From: Leptolyngbyaceae cyanobacterium | Lineage (GTDB): Bacteria; Cyanobacteriota; Cyanobacteriia; Phormidesmidales; Phormidesmidaceae | Length of the DNA stretch: 64,000 bases | Direction of reading: 5' to 3' | Assembly (NCBI GenBank): GCA_965263355.1 | Contig: CBDHHL010000056.1 | Location: 2,304,001 to 2,368,000, forward strand | Shown: piece after piece, positions 10,934 through 22,516 of the stretch | Layout of the letters: the number at the start of each line of letters is the position of its first letter | Numbering within the stretch: position 1 is the first letter of the stretch | Notes under the pieces: generated by a model | The model's input: only the letters and a program-made list of their open reading frames with translations | Told to the model about the DNA's origin: nothing | The model's database searches: none | Position numbers and translations under genes: made by a program

Positions 10934-12154
10934 ATGGATACCAGAGCTTTTCGCCGTAGCCTAAACAAGTCTGACAACTACTATCGAAATCAGGGGTTTG
11001 GCGAAAAAGAGCAAATCGCAGCCCAAATGGGTGACGAATACCAAAGTGAGCTGATTACAACTATTCGTGCCCAAGGCTACACCTACACCCAAGGCAATGT
11101 CACCATTAAGCTTGCTAAGGACTTTGGCTTTTGTTGGGGTGTTGAACGTGCCATCGCCATGGCCTATGAAGCTCGACAGCATTTTCCCAATCAACGCATC
11201 TGGATTACGAACGAAATTATTCATAACCCCGGCGTTAATCAGCGACTGCAAGAAATGAATGTCCAGTTCATCCAGGTCATTGATGGGGTCAAGGACTTTT
11301 CGGTAGTCGATCAAGGCGATGTCGTCATTTTGCCCGCGTTTGGTGCCAGCATTGACGAAATGAAATTGCTTAACGAACGGGGCTGCACCATGATCGATAC
11401 CACCTGTCCCTGGGTATCCAAGGTTTGGACCACGGTGGAAAAGCATAAAAAACAGTCATTCACCTCCATTATCCACGGTAAATACAAGCACGAAGAGACG
11501 GTCGCCACCAAGTCCTTTGCTAACAAGTATTTAGTCGTTCTAAATCTAGATGAAGCCAAATACGTCGCCAATTACATCCTTAATGGTGGCGACCGTAACG
11601 AGTTTTTGACTAAATTTGCCAACGCCTATTCCGAAGGATTTGACCCTGACCAAGATCTAAATGCCGTGGGCATAGCCAATCAAACCACAATGCTAAAAGG
11701 AGAAACTGAACAAATTGGCAAGCTGCTAGAACACACCATGTTGAAAAAGTATGGCCCCCATGCCCTCAACGAGCATTTTTCTAGCTTCAACACCATCTGT
11801 GACGCTACCCAAGAACGTCAAGATGCCATGTTTGAGCTAGTCGATATGAAGCTAGATCTGATAGTCGTAATTGGTGGCTTTAATTCATCCAACACCACTC
11901 ACCTGCAGGAAATTGCGATTGAGCAGGGAATCCCTTCCTATCACATTGACAGCCCTCAACGTTTGGGACCCGGCAATCAAATCGAACATAAACCCCTGCA
12001 CCAAGCGACAACAGTTGATCAAAACTGGCTACCAGCAGGGAAAGTTGTGATTGGCATTACCTCTGGTGCCTCCACCCCCGACAGATCTGTTGACCAGGTC
12101 ATTCAACGGATTTTTCAACTCCAGGCAGAACTGCCTACAGCTGTAGGAGTTTAA
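10934..12154 (+). CDS. ispH: 4-hydroxy-3-methylbut-2-enyl diphosphate reductase
   Basis: [34 protein letters not shown]. Confidence 0.97.
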   Translation: MDTRAFRRSLNKSDNYYRNQGFGEKEQIAAQMGDEYQSELITTIRAQGYTYTQGNVTIKLAKDFGFCWGVERAIAMAYEARQHFPNQRIWITNEIIHNPGVNQRLQEMNVQFIQVIDGVKDFSVVDQGDVVILPAFGASIDEMKLLNERGCTMIDTTCPWVSKVWTTVEKHKKQSFTSIIHGKYKHEETVATKSFANKYLVVLNLDEAKYVANYILNGGDRNEFLTKFANAYSEGFDPDQDLNAVGIANQTTMLKGETEQIGKLLEHTMLKKYGPHALNEHFSSFNTICDATQERQDAMFELVDMKLDLIVVIGGFNSSNTTHLQEIAIEQGIPSYHIDSPQRLGPGNQIEHKPLHQATTVDQNWLPAGKVVIGITSGASTPDRSVDQVIQRIFQLQAELPTAVGV

Positions 12155-12642
12155 AGGGCTGCCTGATTGGCTGAATGTATATGCCTCATACGCTGAGCAA
12201 TAGTAATGATTAAAGCTCCAAAGATACCCATTTAGAGAGGATCATGGACATAGTTAACGCTCTAAGCGATAAAGGCAACCCTAGGCGTCCTAAGTGGCGA
12301 CAGAGAGGGTATTTTCCCTAAAATATCGAGATGGACATACACAACTTGTCAACCGACTTTTTTGTTTGTAAGTAGACAACGGTTTTTCACAGAGGTCATG
12401 GGACAGTTTTTAATTTTCTGCCATTAAAAACCTTACTGCCAAAGTCAGTGAGTGCAACCAGCTTCTACACACTGCAAAAGTTCTATACGCAAGTATTCCA
12501 GCATCTACCTAGTCTGATTTGATACCTGGTTAACATCTCAGACATGGCTTCAGTAGAGCCACGGGTGCAATTGCATCCGAAAATCATTAATTCTTTTAGG
12601 TAGACTTAGCTGACAACATGTAAGTTCCTGATTGAGTTCCTG

Positions 12643-14007
12643 GTGACTATGGTTCGTACAGATATCCAGAACGCCCAACACGTTTTATACGATTTCTTTC
12701 TCTACAGTGTTCAAACAGAACCTGTTGATGTCGTTTTGGCTACATTTCGCCGTCTCTTTGTGGATTATGTCGAATCATCCACTGAGTCAGAGCTTCCCGT
12801 CGCCCTTTACTCCATCGTTATTGCCAATAGCGAAGAGCAATTTCTGTTTACCCTGAAACGGGTTTGCTACATATTGATCAATAACTGGGGCATTCAACGT
12901 CGACCAGAAGCAATTAAAGCTCTCATCAAAATGTTTGATGACCAAGTGCTTTTACGCCCAGGTGTGTCGATCATCCTCAAACGATTGCGTAGTTGGATGA
13001 AGAGCTTTCTGACCAGTCAGGATTTTCAAGATCTCAAACTGTTTGCTGCCCGCTATGAGCAGGAGCAACATTGGAGTGAACGATATACATCCTATCTACT
13101 GGCACCTCAATACCTTAATCTAGAAAATCCTATAGAGCAGCGGGAAGCTGCTCGCAGTTTATCGTCGCAACTCAAGTCTAAGTTTCGCTTTGACCTAGCG
13201 ATGTATACCGCAAAATCACAGATGGATTGCCCTTCAACCACAGTGGACAATCCAACGATGTTGGGCGAAACTGCGATCAATTTAATTAAAATGCTGCTGC
13301 TTCAGCCAGGGCGCTTTGGCTACGAAAACCTAGCAAATTTGTTGCACCAGCAATGTCATCAGCTTAATTACTGGAACTTCAAACGGGCGCTTCTACATTA
13401 TCTGGCCTATGCCTTACCCAACAATGCCATCACCGCATCCCTAAAGGAAAAGCTACCCAATTCCGTCCTGCCCCTATATCGCCATAACGATACGGAACTG
13501 ATTACAGAAGCCTTGAGTTTGCGCACATGCAAGTGTGTAGTTGACTTTCTTACCAGTGCCGACGGCGAAAAGCCCTCCCAGTTATTTAGTATGTTTCTGG
13601 CCCAGGGCAACCCCCTCGTGCTAGTGATTTTATTGTTGAAGATTGCCCTGTTTTGCCCCCATGTACAGGCCCATCTTGAACTTCGCATTGCCAGCTTAAT
13701 TCGTTATTACGAAATTTACTCAGAAGGTGACTGTCGCTGGGTAATCAACTTTTTTGAGGTATTTCGCATTACCTTTGCAGTTTATGCCAGTGGTACACTC
13801 TACAACCTCGTACATGTCTCGACTGATGATTCCTCTCCCTCATCCCTGAGTGCCTATCGGATTTTTTCTCAGCTGCGTGACCAGCATATTAAATTAGAGC
13901 AAGTCACACCAGAATTAGTACAGGCTTTGACTGAGGAAGATACACTGCACATGACACCCCTACCAGCGGAGGTGCCCACTATCTCACCTCAGGCGATCGC
14001 AAGTTAG
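12643..14007 (+). CDS. hypothetical protein
   Basis: 454-aa ORF; resembles a cyanobacterial family of unknown function, no recognisable domain. Confidence 0.7.
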   Translation: MTMVRTDIQNAQHVLYDFFLYSVQTEPVDVVLATFRRLFVDYVESSTESELPVALYSIVIANSEEQFLFTLKRVCYILINNWGIQRRPEAIKALIKMFDDQVLLRPGVSIILKRLRSWMKSFLTSQDFQDLKLFAARYEQEQHWSERYTSYLLAPQYLNLENPIEQREAARSLSSQLKSKFRFDLAMYTAKSQMDCPSTTVDNPTMLGETAINLIKMLLLQPGRFGYENLANLLHQQCHQLNYWNFKRALLHYLAYALPNNAITASLKEKLPNSVLPLYRHNDTELITEALSLRTCKCVVDFLTSADGEKPSQLFSMFLAQGNPLVLVILLLKIALFCPHVQAHLELRIASLIRYYEIYSEGDCRWVINFFEVFRITFAVYASGTLYNLVHVSTDDSSPSSLSAYRIFSQLRDQHIKLEQVTPELVQALTEEDTLHMTPLPAEVPTISPQAIAS

Positions 14008-14033
14008 TCCCTGGCAAGAGTCTCAACGCGGCC

Positions 14034-14834
14034 CTAGTCAGCCTGACGAGCAAACTGATAGGCTCCTTGGACAGAAAGCGCGATCGCAACTATTAACAGC
14101 ACTGGTATTGAATACCAGGGAAATTGATTAAGCGGCTGATATGCTGCAGCACGTAAACCAACTGTCGTGTATGTCAGGGGCAACAGATAAACAATGCCCT
14201 TAAGCAAGGTTGGCAGTGTGGATGGCTCAAAAAACGTTGCTCCCAGAAATGACATCGGCACAATCAAAAAGTTGTTAAACAACCCGACGCTTTCTAAGGA
14301 CTTAACATTTAAGCCAACGATCACCCCCAGACCGGCAAAGACTGCACAGTTCAGCACCAATAGCAGCAAGAACAACGGGTTTAGAAAACTCCACACATCA
14401 CGGGTAAATAGCACCGCTACTAAAATCACTGAGCCTGCCGTCAATAGGCCACGCACAATACCCGCCAACATTTTCCCTAAATGCATTGCCAGGGGATGAA
14501 TGGGAAACAGCAGCATTTCCTCAAAATTTTTCGTAAACAGTCTTTCCCCACAGATGGAAAATGTAGTCCCGCCAAAGCTAATCACCATGGACGAAAGCGC
14601 CACCATACCAGGCAAAATAAATTCTAAATAACTATCCCCAATTGGCGGTGGCGCTACCTGATCAAGAGAGCTTCCCAAGCCTAGGCCAAAGGCAAGAATA
14701 TAGATCAGTGGCGACACCAATCCTGAGGCCGCCACCTGGGGAATCCGCACCCGCAAATCCAACCAGTCTCCCCAGAAAATGGTCCAGGTGTCTGCCAAGA
14801 GTGTGCGCAGTGTACGATCGCTCAAGATTTTCAC
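14034..14834 (-). CDS. ABC-2 type transporter permease
   Basis: multiple TM helices; YLEFILPG and LPLTY motifs. Confidence 0.88.
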   Translation of the reverse strand: MKILSDRTLRTLLADTWTIFWGDWLDLRVRIPQVAASGLVSPLIYILAFGLGLGSSLDQVAPPPIGDSYLEFILPGMVALSSMVISFGGTTFSICGERLFTKNFEEMLLFPIHPLAMHLGKMLAGIVRGLLTAGSVILVAVLFTRDVWSFLNPLFLLLLVLNCAVFAGLGVIVGLNVKSLESVGLFNNFLIVPMSFLGATFFEPSTLPTLLKGIVYLLPLTYTTVGLRAAAYQPLNQFPWYSIPVLLIVAIALSVQGAYQFARQAD

Positions 14835-15198
14835 AACGTTCTAAGACTAGATTATTAAGATATCTTTATTATCGACGGTTACGGCCTTGTTTTTCCCATA
14901 TTCTTGCCTAACTGAATTAGCTCTACTTCAAAAGTCATACTGATTTTCCTAACCACAGGGCAATCACCACCAAATTAGAGGGGTTGTTCGATCACAGGCA
15001 CTAAATCTAGTGTCTTGACCGCCTAAAAGTTAGGGCCAAACATCGCCATAATCCTAGATTTATCTAGCAGATCAGGTTATTTGAGCGAGTCTACAGATTT
15101 CAACTCTGAAGAACTATTACGCTTCCTCACAAAGAATGTAAACAGCGTCATGCACAGTGATAGATTTGTGAGCGATAAGGTTGAGAGATAATATTTCC

Positions 15199-15627
15199 AT
15201 GTCTGAAGAAATTACTGGCAAAACTCCGATCTTTGGTGGCAGCACTGGTGGTTTGCTTTCCGCTGCTGAAAAGGAAGAAAAGTACGTTATCACTTGGAGC
15301 AGTACAAAGGAGCAGCCCTTTGAAATGCCCACTGGTGGTGCAGCTATCATGAATTCTGGCGCGAATATGCTTTATTTGGCTCGTAAAGAGCAATGTTTAG
15401 CTCTCAGCCGCCAGCTTAAGACCAAATTTAAGCCCAGAATTACTGACTATAAGATTTACCGTGTTCTACCCACTGGCGAAACTACCTATCTACATCCTGC
15501 TGATGGTGTAGTCCCTGAAAAGGTAAACGAAGGTCGCGCCTTCAACGGTAAGAAAGATCGCAGCATCGGTGAAAATCCCAACCCCGCCACTATTAAGTTC
15601 AGTGGTAAAGAGACCTACGAAGTTTAA
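15199..15627 (+). CDS. psaD: photosystem I subunit II PsaD
   Basis: [30 protein letters not shown]. Confidence 0.98.
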   Translation: MSEEITGKTPIFGGSTGGLLSAAEKEEKYVITWSSTKEQPFEMPTGGAAIMNSGANMLYLARKEQCLALSRQLKTKFKPRITDYKIYRVLPTGETTYLHPADGVVPEKVNEGRAFNGKKDRSIGENPNPATIKFSGKETYEV

Positions 15628-15680
15628 GCCTAATAGCGACTCGCTGAGTGCATTGGCTTAGAAAGCAATACTATGGTTTC

Positions 15681-15710
15681 AAAGAGGCAGTCCATGGGCT
15701 GCCTCTTTTT
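15681..15710 (+). terminator. rho-independent terminator after psaD
   Basis: AAAGAGGCAG...CTGCCTCTTTTT hairpin with T-run. Confidence 0.8.
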
Positions 15711-15873
15711 AGTGGCTCAACTGAATAGCTCCATGGGTCAGCCGTCCTGCTGCTTGCCAATGGTTCAAATCATAAGGCAGGCTGAGTAAACGTTATCCAT
15801 AAACTATAGTTTTCTGTAGAGCAAACTCAAGGTTTCAACGCTATTGAGCCTGTGTCTACCACTCCAATATTCC

Positions 15874-17406
15874 ATGATCTATCCAGACCTAGCGACGTTT
15901 AAGGCCCTTGCCCTACAAGGTAACTTTGTTCCGGTATACCAGGAGTGGGTGGCCGATCTGGATACTCCAGTATCAGCCTGGTGCAAAGTATGTGCAGGTC
16001 AACCCTATAGTTTTTTGCTGGAATCAGTAGAAGGGGGTGAACATCTTGGTCGCTACAGTCTTTTAGGATGCGATCCCCTATGGACACTAGAAGCCAGAGG
16101 GGAAACAACTACTCAGCGATTTCGAAATGGGGATGAGCAGGTTTTTACAGGTAACCCGTTTGAGATTTTGGCCAACTGTCTTGCTCCCTACCAGCCAGTA
16201 ACATTACCTGAATTACCCCCTGGTATTGGTGGACTCTTTGGATTTTGGGGCTATGAATTGATTAAGTGGATCGAGCCGACAGTGACGATCCATTCTGCCA
16301 ATCGGGACGACCTGCCCGACGGTCTGTGGATGCAGGTGGATAGCCTGCTGATTTTTGATCAGGTTAAGCGAAAAATCTGGGCCGTCAGCTATGCCGATTT
16401 GCGTGATCCGACGGTTAATTTAGACCAAATCTATGGAGAAAGTTGCGATCGCATCACCACCCTGGTCAACAAACTCAACCTGCCCTTATCTAACCAAGAC
16501 AGTCGTCTCTCCTGGACTCCCCCCAGCAGCAACCAAGCGACAGAACTGAAATACACCAGCAATCGCACCAAGGAGGAGTTTTGCCACTGTGTCGAAACCG
16601 CCAAAGCCCATATTAAAGCTGGAGATATTTTTCAGGTAGTCATCTCCCAACGCCTGACCACCGACTATAGTGGCAATCCCTTTGACCTCTATCGTTCATT
16701 ACGGCTAGTTAATCCGTCACCTTACATGGCCTACTTCAACTTCCAAGATTGGCAAATTATCGGCTCCAGTCCTGAGGTAATGGTCAAAGCCACCCGTGAA
16801 GGAAATGACAATACCCTGTCTGCGCTTTTGCGGCCTATTGCTGGTACCCGTCCTCGCGGTAAAACACCGACCGAAGATAATGCCTATGCGGAAGATCTGC
16901 TAGCCGACCCTAAAGAAATTGCTGAGCACATCATGCTGGTAGACTTGGGCCGAAACGACCTGGGCCGCGTGTGTACCAGCGGCACCGTCAGCGTAGATGA
17001 ACTAATGATCATCGAACGTTACTCCCACGTGATGCATATTGTCAGTAACGTAATTGGTCAACTGGCTCCTGGAAAAACTGCCTGGGACTTGCTCAAAGCC
17101 TGCTTTCCCGCCGGCACCGTCAGTGGAGCGCCTAAGATCCGTGCTATGCAAATTATTAACGACCTGGAACCCTGTCGTCGAGGCCCCTATTCTGGTGTCT
17201 ATGGGTACTACGACTTTGAAGGACAGCTCAATAGCGCCATTACTATCCGCACCATGGTAGTGGAAGGCAAAGAAGATGGCAGCCATCGCATCAGCGTTCA
17301 GGCTGGAGCAGGATTGGTTGCCGACTCAATCCCTGACAACGAATATCAGGAAACCCTCAATAAAGCCCGGGGAATGCTTGAAGCTGTCCAATGCTTGAAG
17401 ACTTGA
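15874..17406 (+). CDS. trpE: anthranilate synthase component I
   Basis: LLESVEGG, NPSPYM, SSPE, PIAGTRPRG, GTVSGAPK. Confidence 0.96.
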   Translation: MIYPDLATFKALALQGNFVPVYQEWVADLDTPVSAWCKVCAGQPYSFLLESVEGGEHLGRYSLLGCDPLWTLEARGETTTQRFRNGDEQVFTGNPFEILANCLAPYQPVTLPELPPGIGGLFGFWGYELIKWIEPTVTIHSANRDDLPDGLWMQVDSLLIFDQVKRKIWAVSYADLRDPTVNLDQIYGESCDRITTLVNKLNLPLSNQDSRLSWTPPSSNQATELKYTSNRTKEEFCHCVETAKAHIKAGDIFQVVISQRLTTDYSGNPFDLYRSLRLVNPSPYMAYFNFQDWQIIGSSPEVMVKATREGNDNTLSALLRPIAGTRPRGKTPTEDNAYAEDLLADPKEIAEHIMLVDLGRNDLGRVCTSGTVSVDELMIIERYSHVMHIVSNVIGQLAPGKTAWDLLKACFPAGTVSGAPKIRAMQIINDLEPCRRGPYSGVYGYYDFEGQLNSAITIRTMVVEGKEDGSHRISVQAGAGLVADSIPDNEYQETLNKARGMLEAVQCLKT

Positions 17407-17587
17407 AAGAGATTTTCTAGAAAATGTGCATAATTTCAGAAAATTGCACGTAAAACTTTATGTCACTGCCCTAACGCAGAAAAATAAGAACTTCTGAGTA
17501 TCTTCTGATGTTATTGCTGTTCTAGGCAAACTAGCTTGGATAAAGGAACATAACTTAGCAACAAAAATCAATATTTGTGCTCAAACC

Positions 17588-17932
17588 TTGTCTGAAAAAA
17601 CGTACTTTTTTAATCCAGAGTTATGCCGTAATGAAACCGAGGTTGTTAGCAAGTTTATTGTTCATTATTTACTCCCTGCCCTAGGATATACCCCGAGCGA
17701 TTGGGGGCAGGAAGTCACGATAGGTAATCTGCGATTAGATGTACTTGCGATCGCAGCAAACATACTCAACCAAAAACATTGGTTTCGACTAGTGATAGAA
17801 GCCAAAGGCCCTAAAACATCGTTAGATGCTCACGTCAGAAAACTACGTCAATATCAAAACAGCTTTCAAGCCCGTTACGGCATATTGACGAATGGGAAAC
17901 AGGTTAAGCAACACATGGCTAACCAAAATTAA
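17588..17932 (+). pseudogene. type I restriction HsdR N-terminal (PD-(D/E)xK) domain, probably truncated
   Basis: NETEVVSKFI..LL..LGY, QEV, RLD, VIEAK, YGILTNG; ORF ends just after TNG. Confidence 0.6.
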
Positions 17933-17939
17933 CTATTAA

Positions 17940-18865
17940 CTAAACCTCATTCGGATCAATGCCTAGCTCCTGTAACTTAGCAGCAAGACGTTCAGCTTTA
18001 GCTTGTGCCTGAGCAATCTGCATTTGAGCCTGAGCTGCTTGAATCTGAGCTTGAACAGCGCTCTCCTCCGGAGTGAGTAATCGCTTACCCATTTCGTCAT
18101 ACCAATAGAGCCATTCACGCTCCCATCCCTGATGGATACCCCGATCTCGCCCTAACGCCAGACCGATTTCCGGTAGCCAGATCGGGCCTGCATCGCTTAA
18201 ACGCTGGTAGCCACCGTTGACCAAATGGTAAACCTCCAGAGGATCTCGGTTTTGATACCGTCTGGGGTTAGGCAAATACACCGCATAGTAGGGAATGCCC
18301 AGATCAATGTAGCGTTCTCGCTTGCGCTCATATTCACCTCCATAGGTTTTAGAGACTACTTCTAATGCCAGGGTAGGGACAATATTATCTTCTGGTAGCC
18401 ACCGTTGACCAAATGGTAAACCTCCAGAGGATCTCGGTTTTGATACCGTCTGGGGTTAGGCAAATACACCGCATAGTAGGGAATGCCCAGATCAATGTAG
18501 CGTTCTCGCTTGCGCTCATATTCACCTCCATAGGTTTTAGAGACTACTTCTAATGCCAGGGTAGGGACAATATTATCTTCTTCCCACAGCACATAGCTCA
18601 AACGACCGTCTTCGCCATTCACCCGGCGTTCTACACCTAAGCTGAGAAATCCATCGGGAACAATAGCAGACTCCTTGGGGGCAAAATATACGCCCATATC
18701 AACACCGAAGAACCAGTCATCACGGGTTGCCCAGTTAAGGGCCAGGGTGCTGGCCAACAGGTTAGGAATCAGATTTTGTAACTCGTTATCCACCGGGGTA
18801 TCGTCCGAGTCGGGTAGCTCGAATGAAGAGGGCAAACGCTGCGTCGGATCGTACTTAAGTACCAT
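17940..18865 (-). pseudogene. Uma2 family endonuclease frameshifted by an internal 188-bp duplication
   Basis: LPDSDDTPVDNELQ, VPDGFLSLG, LEVVS, WLPEIGL, WLYWYD motifs split across two frames. Confidence 0.88.
18204..18581. repeat. perfect 188-bp tandem duplication
   Basis: 18204-18391 matches 18392-18579; CT microhomology at the junction. Confidence 0.95.
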
Positions 18866-19394
18866 GCTGAAGACGAGGAATAAGTATATCTATACTAGCC
18901 CACTAGACGAGACACCCCATGCGGATGGCTTTCATACAGATACAGCCAACATTCCACACTCTCAACTGTCACAATCAGATATTAAATTTGAAAGCCTTTT
19001 CCATAGAGACTTTGAGTACCTAGATAATTCATTTGAACTATTCCCAGATCATTCTCAATAGTTAGATTCTATTGAGAATTCATGTCTCTTTAGATGCTGT
19101 GATCCGTTGGCTTCGTTATTAATTATCCGATGTGCCAATTTAATGGCGGAATGTGGGATACAGATAAAATATTTACAATTATCGACGGTTAGCAGCGATT
19201 AGCCATCCTCAGCATTTTGGCAATCGATGTAATTGAGAAAATAGATTAGCTGACACAGAAAGGCATTGATGTCTGAAAACATCAAGATCTCCAGGAACTT
19301 TTAAGGCAAACCTATCTTGGCGATCTCGACCCGTGTTTTAGGACATCCTCCCCTTGTTTGGTCAGGGGAGGTACTGTAAGCAGAGGTATAAGGG

Positions 19395-20474
19395 CTATAG
19401 CAAATGTAGAAACTTATCTTCCTTACCCAGTGCCTTAACAGCTTTTTTGATTTCCTGGGTGCGTTCTTTTTTCACAATCAGGGTGGCATTGCCATCACGC
19501 ACAATCACCACATCTTCTAAGCCAATGGTGACGACCACCTCATCTTCATTAGAGGAGTAAACAATACAACCATTGGTATCGTGGGCCTGGTGCTCACACA
19601 TATCCACATTGGCAGCATCCCCCTTCATTAAGCGCTCAATGGCATTCCAATCACCCAGGTCATCCCAGCCAAAGTTAGCAGGAATCACGTAGGCTTTCTG
19701 GGTTTTTTCCATCACTGCATAGTCGATGCTGAGCTTTTCTAATTCGGCATAGGCATCGACTCCCTTGCTGAGCAACGGTCCCATCAATTCAGGTGCATAG
19801 GTTTTGAGTTCGTCGATCATCACACCAGCCGGAAAGATAAACATACCGCTGTTCCAGCTGTAGCGACCGCTGGCTAGAAACTCTTCAGCAACGCTGCGCT
19901 CGGGCTTTTCAGTAAAACGACTAACGCGGTAAGTCGCCAAGTCACCATATTTTCCTGCATCATCGCCCTGCTCAATATAACCATACCCAGTGGAGGGGAA
20001 AGTGGGTTGAATACCAAGTGTGGCAATTGCCTGCTGACTCTGGGCTAGTTCAGCTGCAGCGTGAATCGTAGCTCGGAACTTGGGTTCATCGGTGATGTAG
20101 TGATCGGCAGGGAAAAAACATGCGATCGCATCATTCCCATGGCGCTTAGCCACCTCTAGCGTTGCCCAAGCGACCGCTGGTGCAGTATCTCGCCCCTGAG
20201 GCTCCACCAAAATATTCTCAGCGGGCAGCTCGGGTAGCTGTTGTTTTACCCCCTCTGCCAAATGAGATGCCGTAATTACCCAAATTGCATCCCAGCCACC
20301 AGCCAATGGCAACAACCGATCAGCTGTAGACTGCATCAAACTACGACCGCTACCGTCTAAACATAAGAACTGCTTGGGATTCTTGAGACGACTTACGGGC
20401 CAAAAGCGCTCCCCTTTACCGCCAGCTAAAATAATCGGCACTAACTTTAGAGTTTGATTGATAGGTTGTGTCAT
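19395..20474 (-). CDS. manC: mannose-1-phosphate guanylyltransferase
   Basis: ILAGGKGERFWP, PKQF, GYGYI, FTEKP, WNSGMF, SIDYAVMEK. Confidence 0.93.
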   Translation of the reverse strand: MTQPINQTLKLVPIILAGGKGERFWPVSRLKNPKQFLCLDGSGRSLMQSTADRLLPLAGGWDAIWVITASHLAEGVKQQLPELPAENILVEPQGRDTAPAVAWATLEVAKRHGNDAIACFFPADHYITDEPKFRATIHAAAELAQSQQAIATLGIQPTFPSTGYGYIEQGDDAGKYGDLATYRVSRFTEKPERSVAEEFLASGRYSWNSGMFIFPAGVMIDELKTYAPELMGPLLSKGVDAYAELEKLSIDYAVMEKTQKAYVIPANFGWDDLGDWNAIERLMKGDAANVDMCEHQAHDTNGCIVYSSNEDEVVVTIGLEDVVIVRDGNATLIVKKERTQEIKKAVKALGKEDKFLHLL

Positions 20475-20785
20475 TGTTTACTTAATAAAGTTAAATTACG
20501 GCGTTAAAATGATGTGTCCCTATGGAGTTCCGAACAATATTAGCGACTACTCAAAACACACAGTGAACAGGTAGCTTAATATTAGTTAACTTCTCAACTA
20601 TGTGTAGACCATGTCAAATGTCTTTAACCCCATAGTTCAGGCTAGTTTGGCAACGTTATCTACCCATGAGTAACCCATAAGCAAATTTGTTGCTTAAACC
20701 ATGTCTAAGTTAAAACCTGCAGCTTCCCCTACGGAAAAACGACCGTTCTGGACATGGACAAGGTTTAACAACCAACCAACCCAAA

Positions 20786-22249
20786 ATGTCAAATTACATT
20801 CTGCCCCTCAATGGGTGCTTACGTAGTTTGACTTTAGGGGCCACTATTAAGTTCTTTGCTAGACGAAATAACCCTCGTCCGGGCATTCTAAATAAACAGT
20901 CTATGTTTCCCTCTTCGCCATCTAAGTCCGACTCTATGGCCGTTTCACATCAGCCTAAACGCCGTCTATTCGTCGGCAACTTACTTAGATTTTTTGCCTG
21001 GACTGGTATTTTCGGAACAACCGCAGTGGTGTCTGGGGCAGCCGGAGCTGCTTTTATCTTGACTGTTCCCCTGCCTAAGGGTCTGGGTGAAGCCACCGCG
21101 AATCCTCCCCTGAGCGACCTGTGGCAATCTGGATTTCGTTATCAGGTATCTCGTCCCGTTACTATCCTATTGATGGGTCTGGATGAAGCAAGGGATATCG
21201 AAGGTGCCAGACCAGATGATCTGGTCGGCCGCACTGACACTATCTTACTGGCGCGAGTTGATCCTGATGCGGAACAAATCAACGTTATGTCTATTCCCCG
21301 CGATACCCGTGTGGAAATTCCAGGCTATGGCGTCGATAAAATCAATCAGGCAAATGTGGAAGGTGGAGCCGAACTGGCTGCTCAAACCGTCAGCTATAAC
21401 TTTAATCAAGTTGAAATTGACCGATATGTACGGATAAGTACCGCTGCATTTCGCGAAATTGTCGATTTAATTGGCGGAGTGGAGGTGTTTGTCCCTAAAC
21501 CCATGAAATATGAGGACAAAACCCAAAATCTGGTGATTGATTTAGAACCTGGTTGGCAAACCCTCAATGGGAATGAAGCTGAGCAGTTTGCCCGGTTTCG
21601 GCAAGATAATTTAGGGGATATTGGTCGAGTACAACGGCAGCAAATCTTGCTAAAGGCATTGCGCGATCGCATGCTCAACCCCAAAGTCATTACCCAATTA
21701 CCCCAAATTGTTCGCATTCTGCAAAATCATATCGATACGAATCTATCGACCGAAGAGATACTTGCCTTAGCAGGCTTTGGACTGCAGCTAGATCGAGAAT
21801 CCCTCAATATGGTGATGCTGCCAGGTCAGTTTAGTAATCCTGAAGAGTATAGGGCCAGCTATTGGATTGCTGACAATAATCGCACTAACGAGGTCATGCA
21901 GGAGTTCTTTGATACTGAACCTGATGCTCTGCTAGCACACGACACTCCGCGACGATCCATTAGCCGCCTGCGTATAGCCATCCAAAATGCATCGAGAGAC
22001 CCCTATATGGCCCAAGCCGTAGCCGATCACCTACGCAATGAAGGTTTTCGAAATGTATACCTGATTGAGGATTGGCCAGACTTTCATCATCAGACAACCG
22101 TGATTGCTCAAAGAGGTGATCTAAATGGTGCTGATTTTCTAGAAGCCGTCTTGGGTACTGGGAAAGTCGTCGCTGACTCGACTGGAGACCTTGATTCTGA
22201 TATTACCATTCGCGTTGGCGATGACTGGACCGAGCAACTAACTCAGTAA
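20786..22249 (+). CDS. LCP (LytR-CpsA-Psr) family protein with LytR C-terminal domain
   Basis: GRTDTI, SIPRDT, KINQA, FARFR, GDIGRVQRQQ; true start probably downstream (~20902 or 20936). Confidence 0.9.
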   Translation: MSNYILPLNGCLRSLTLGATIKFFARRNNPRPGILNKQSMFPSSPSKSDSMAVSHQPKRRLFVGNLLRFFAWTGIFGTTAVVSGAAGAAFILTVPLPKGLGEATANPPLSDLWQSGFRYQVSRPVTILLMGLDEARDIEGARPDDLVGRTDTILLARVDPDAEQINVMSIPRDTRVEIPGYGVDKINQANVEGGAELAAQTVSYNFNQVEIDRYVRISTAAFREIVDLIGGVEVFVPKPMKYEDKTQNLVIDLEPGWQTLNGNEAEQFARFRQDNLGDIGRVQRQQILLKALRDRMLNPKVITQLPQIVRILQNHIDTNLSTEEILALAGFGLQLDRESLNMVMLPGQFSNPEEYRASYWIADNNRTNEVMQEFFDTEPDALLAHDTPRRSISRLRIAIQNASRDPYMAQAVADHLRNEGFRNVYLIEDWPDFHHQTTVIAQRGDLNGADFLEAVLGTGKVVADSTGDLDSDITIRVGDDWTEQLTQ

Positions 22250-22284
22250 TCTAGTAAGCTCGAACCAGTGAGAATAACAACTAT

Positions 22285-22383
22285 TAGTCTGTCAAGCCTG
22301 AGATTTAGGATGAGGCAAGTAAAGAGTAACTCTTTACTCTTGATTAATACAGAATCCTAATTTTTAGCATTGACGCTGCACTG
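22285..22383. repeat. ~100-bp palindromic MITE/REP-like element
   Basis: imperfect terminal inverted repeats around a perfect 10-bp central inverted pair. Confidence 0.45.
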
Positions 22384-22516
22384 GTTATGTATGCCTTCAG
22401 GAAACAGGGTAGCTTCTAGGACATACAGGGTTCCCATTTATGCTGATCAAGACCTTACTGACCACTCTGCTAGCTTGTGTTTGGCTACTCTTAGCCGCAA
22501 CACCTGCTCAGTAAAG

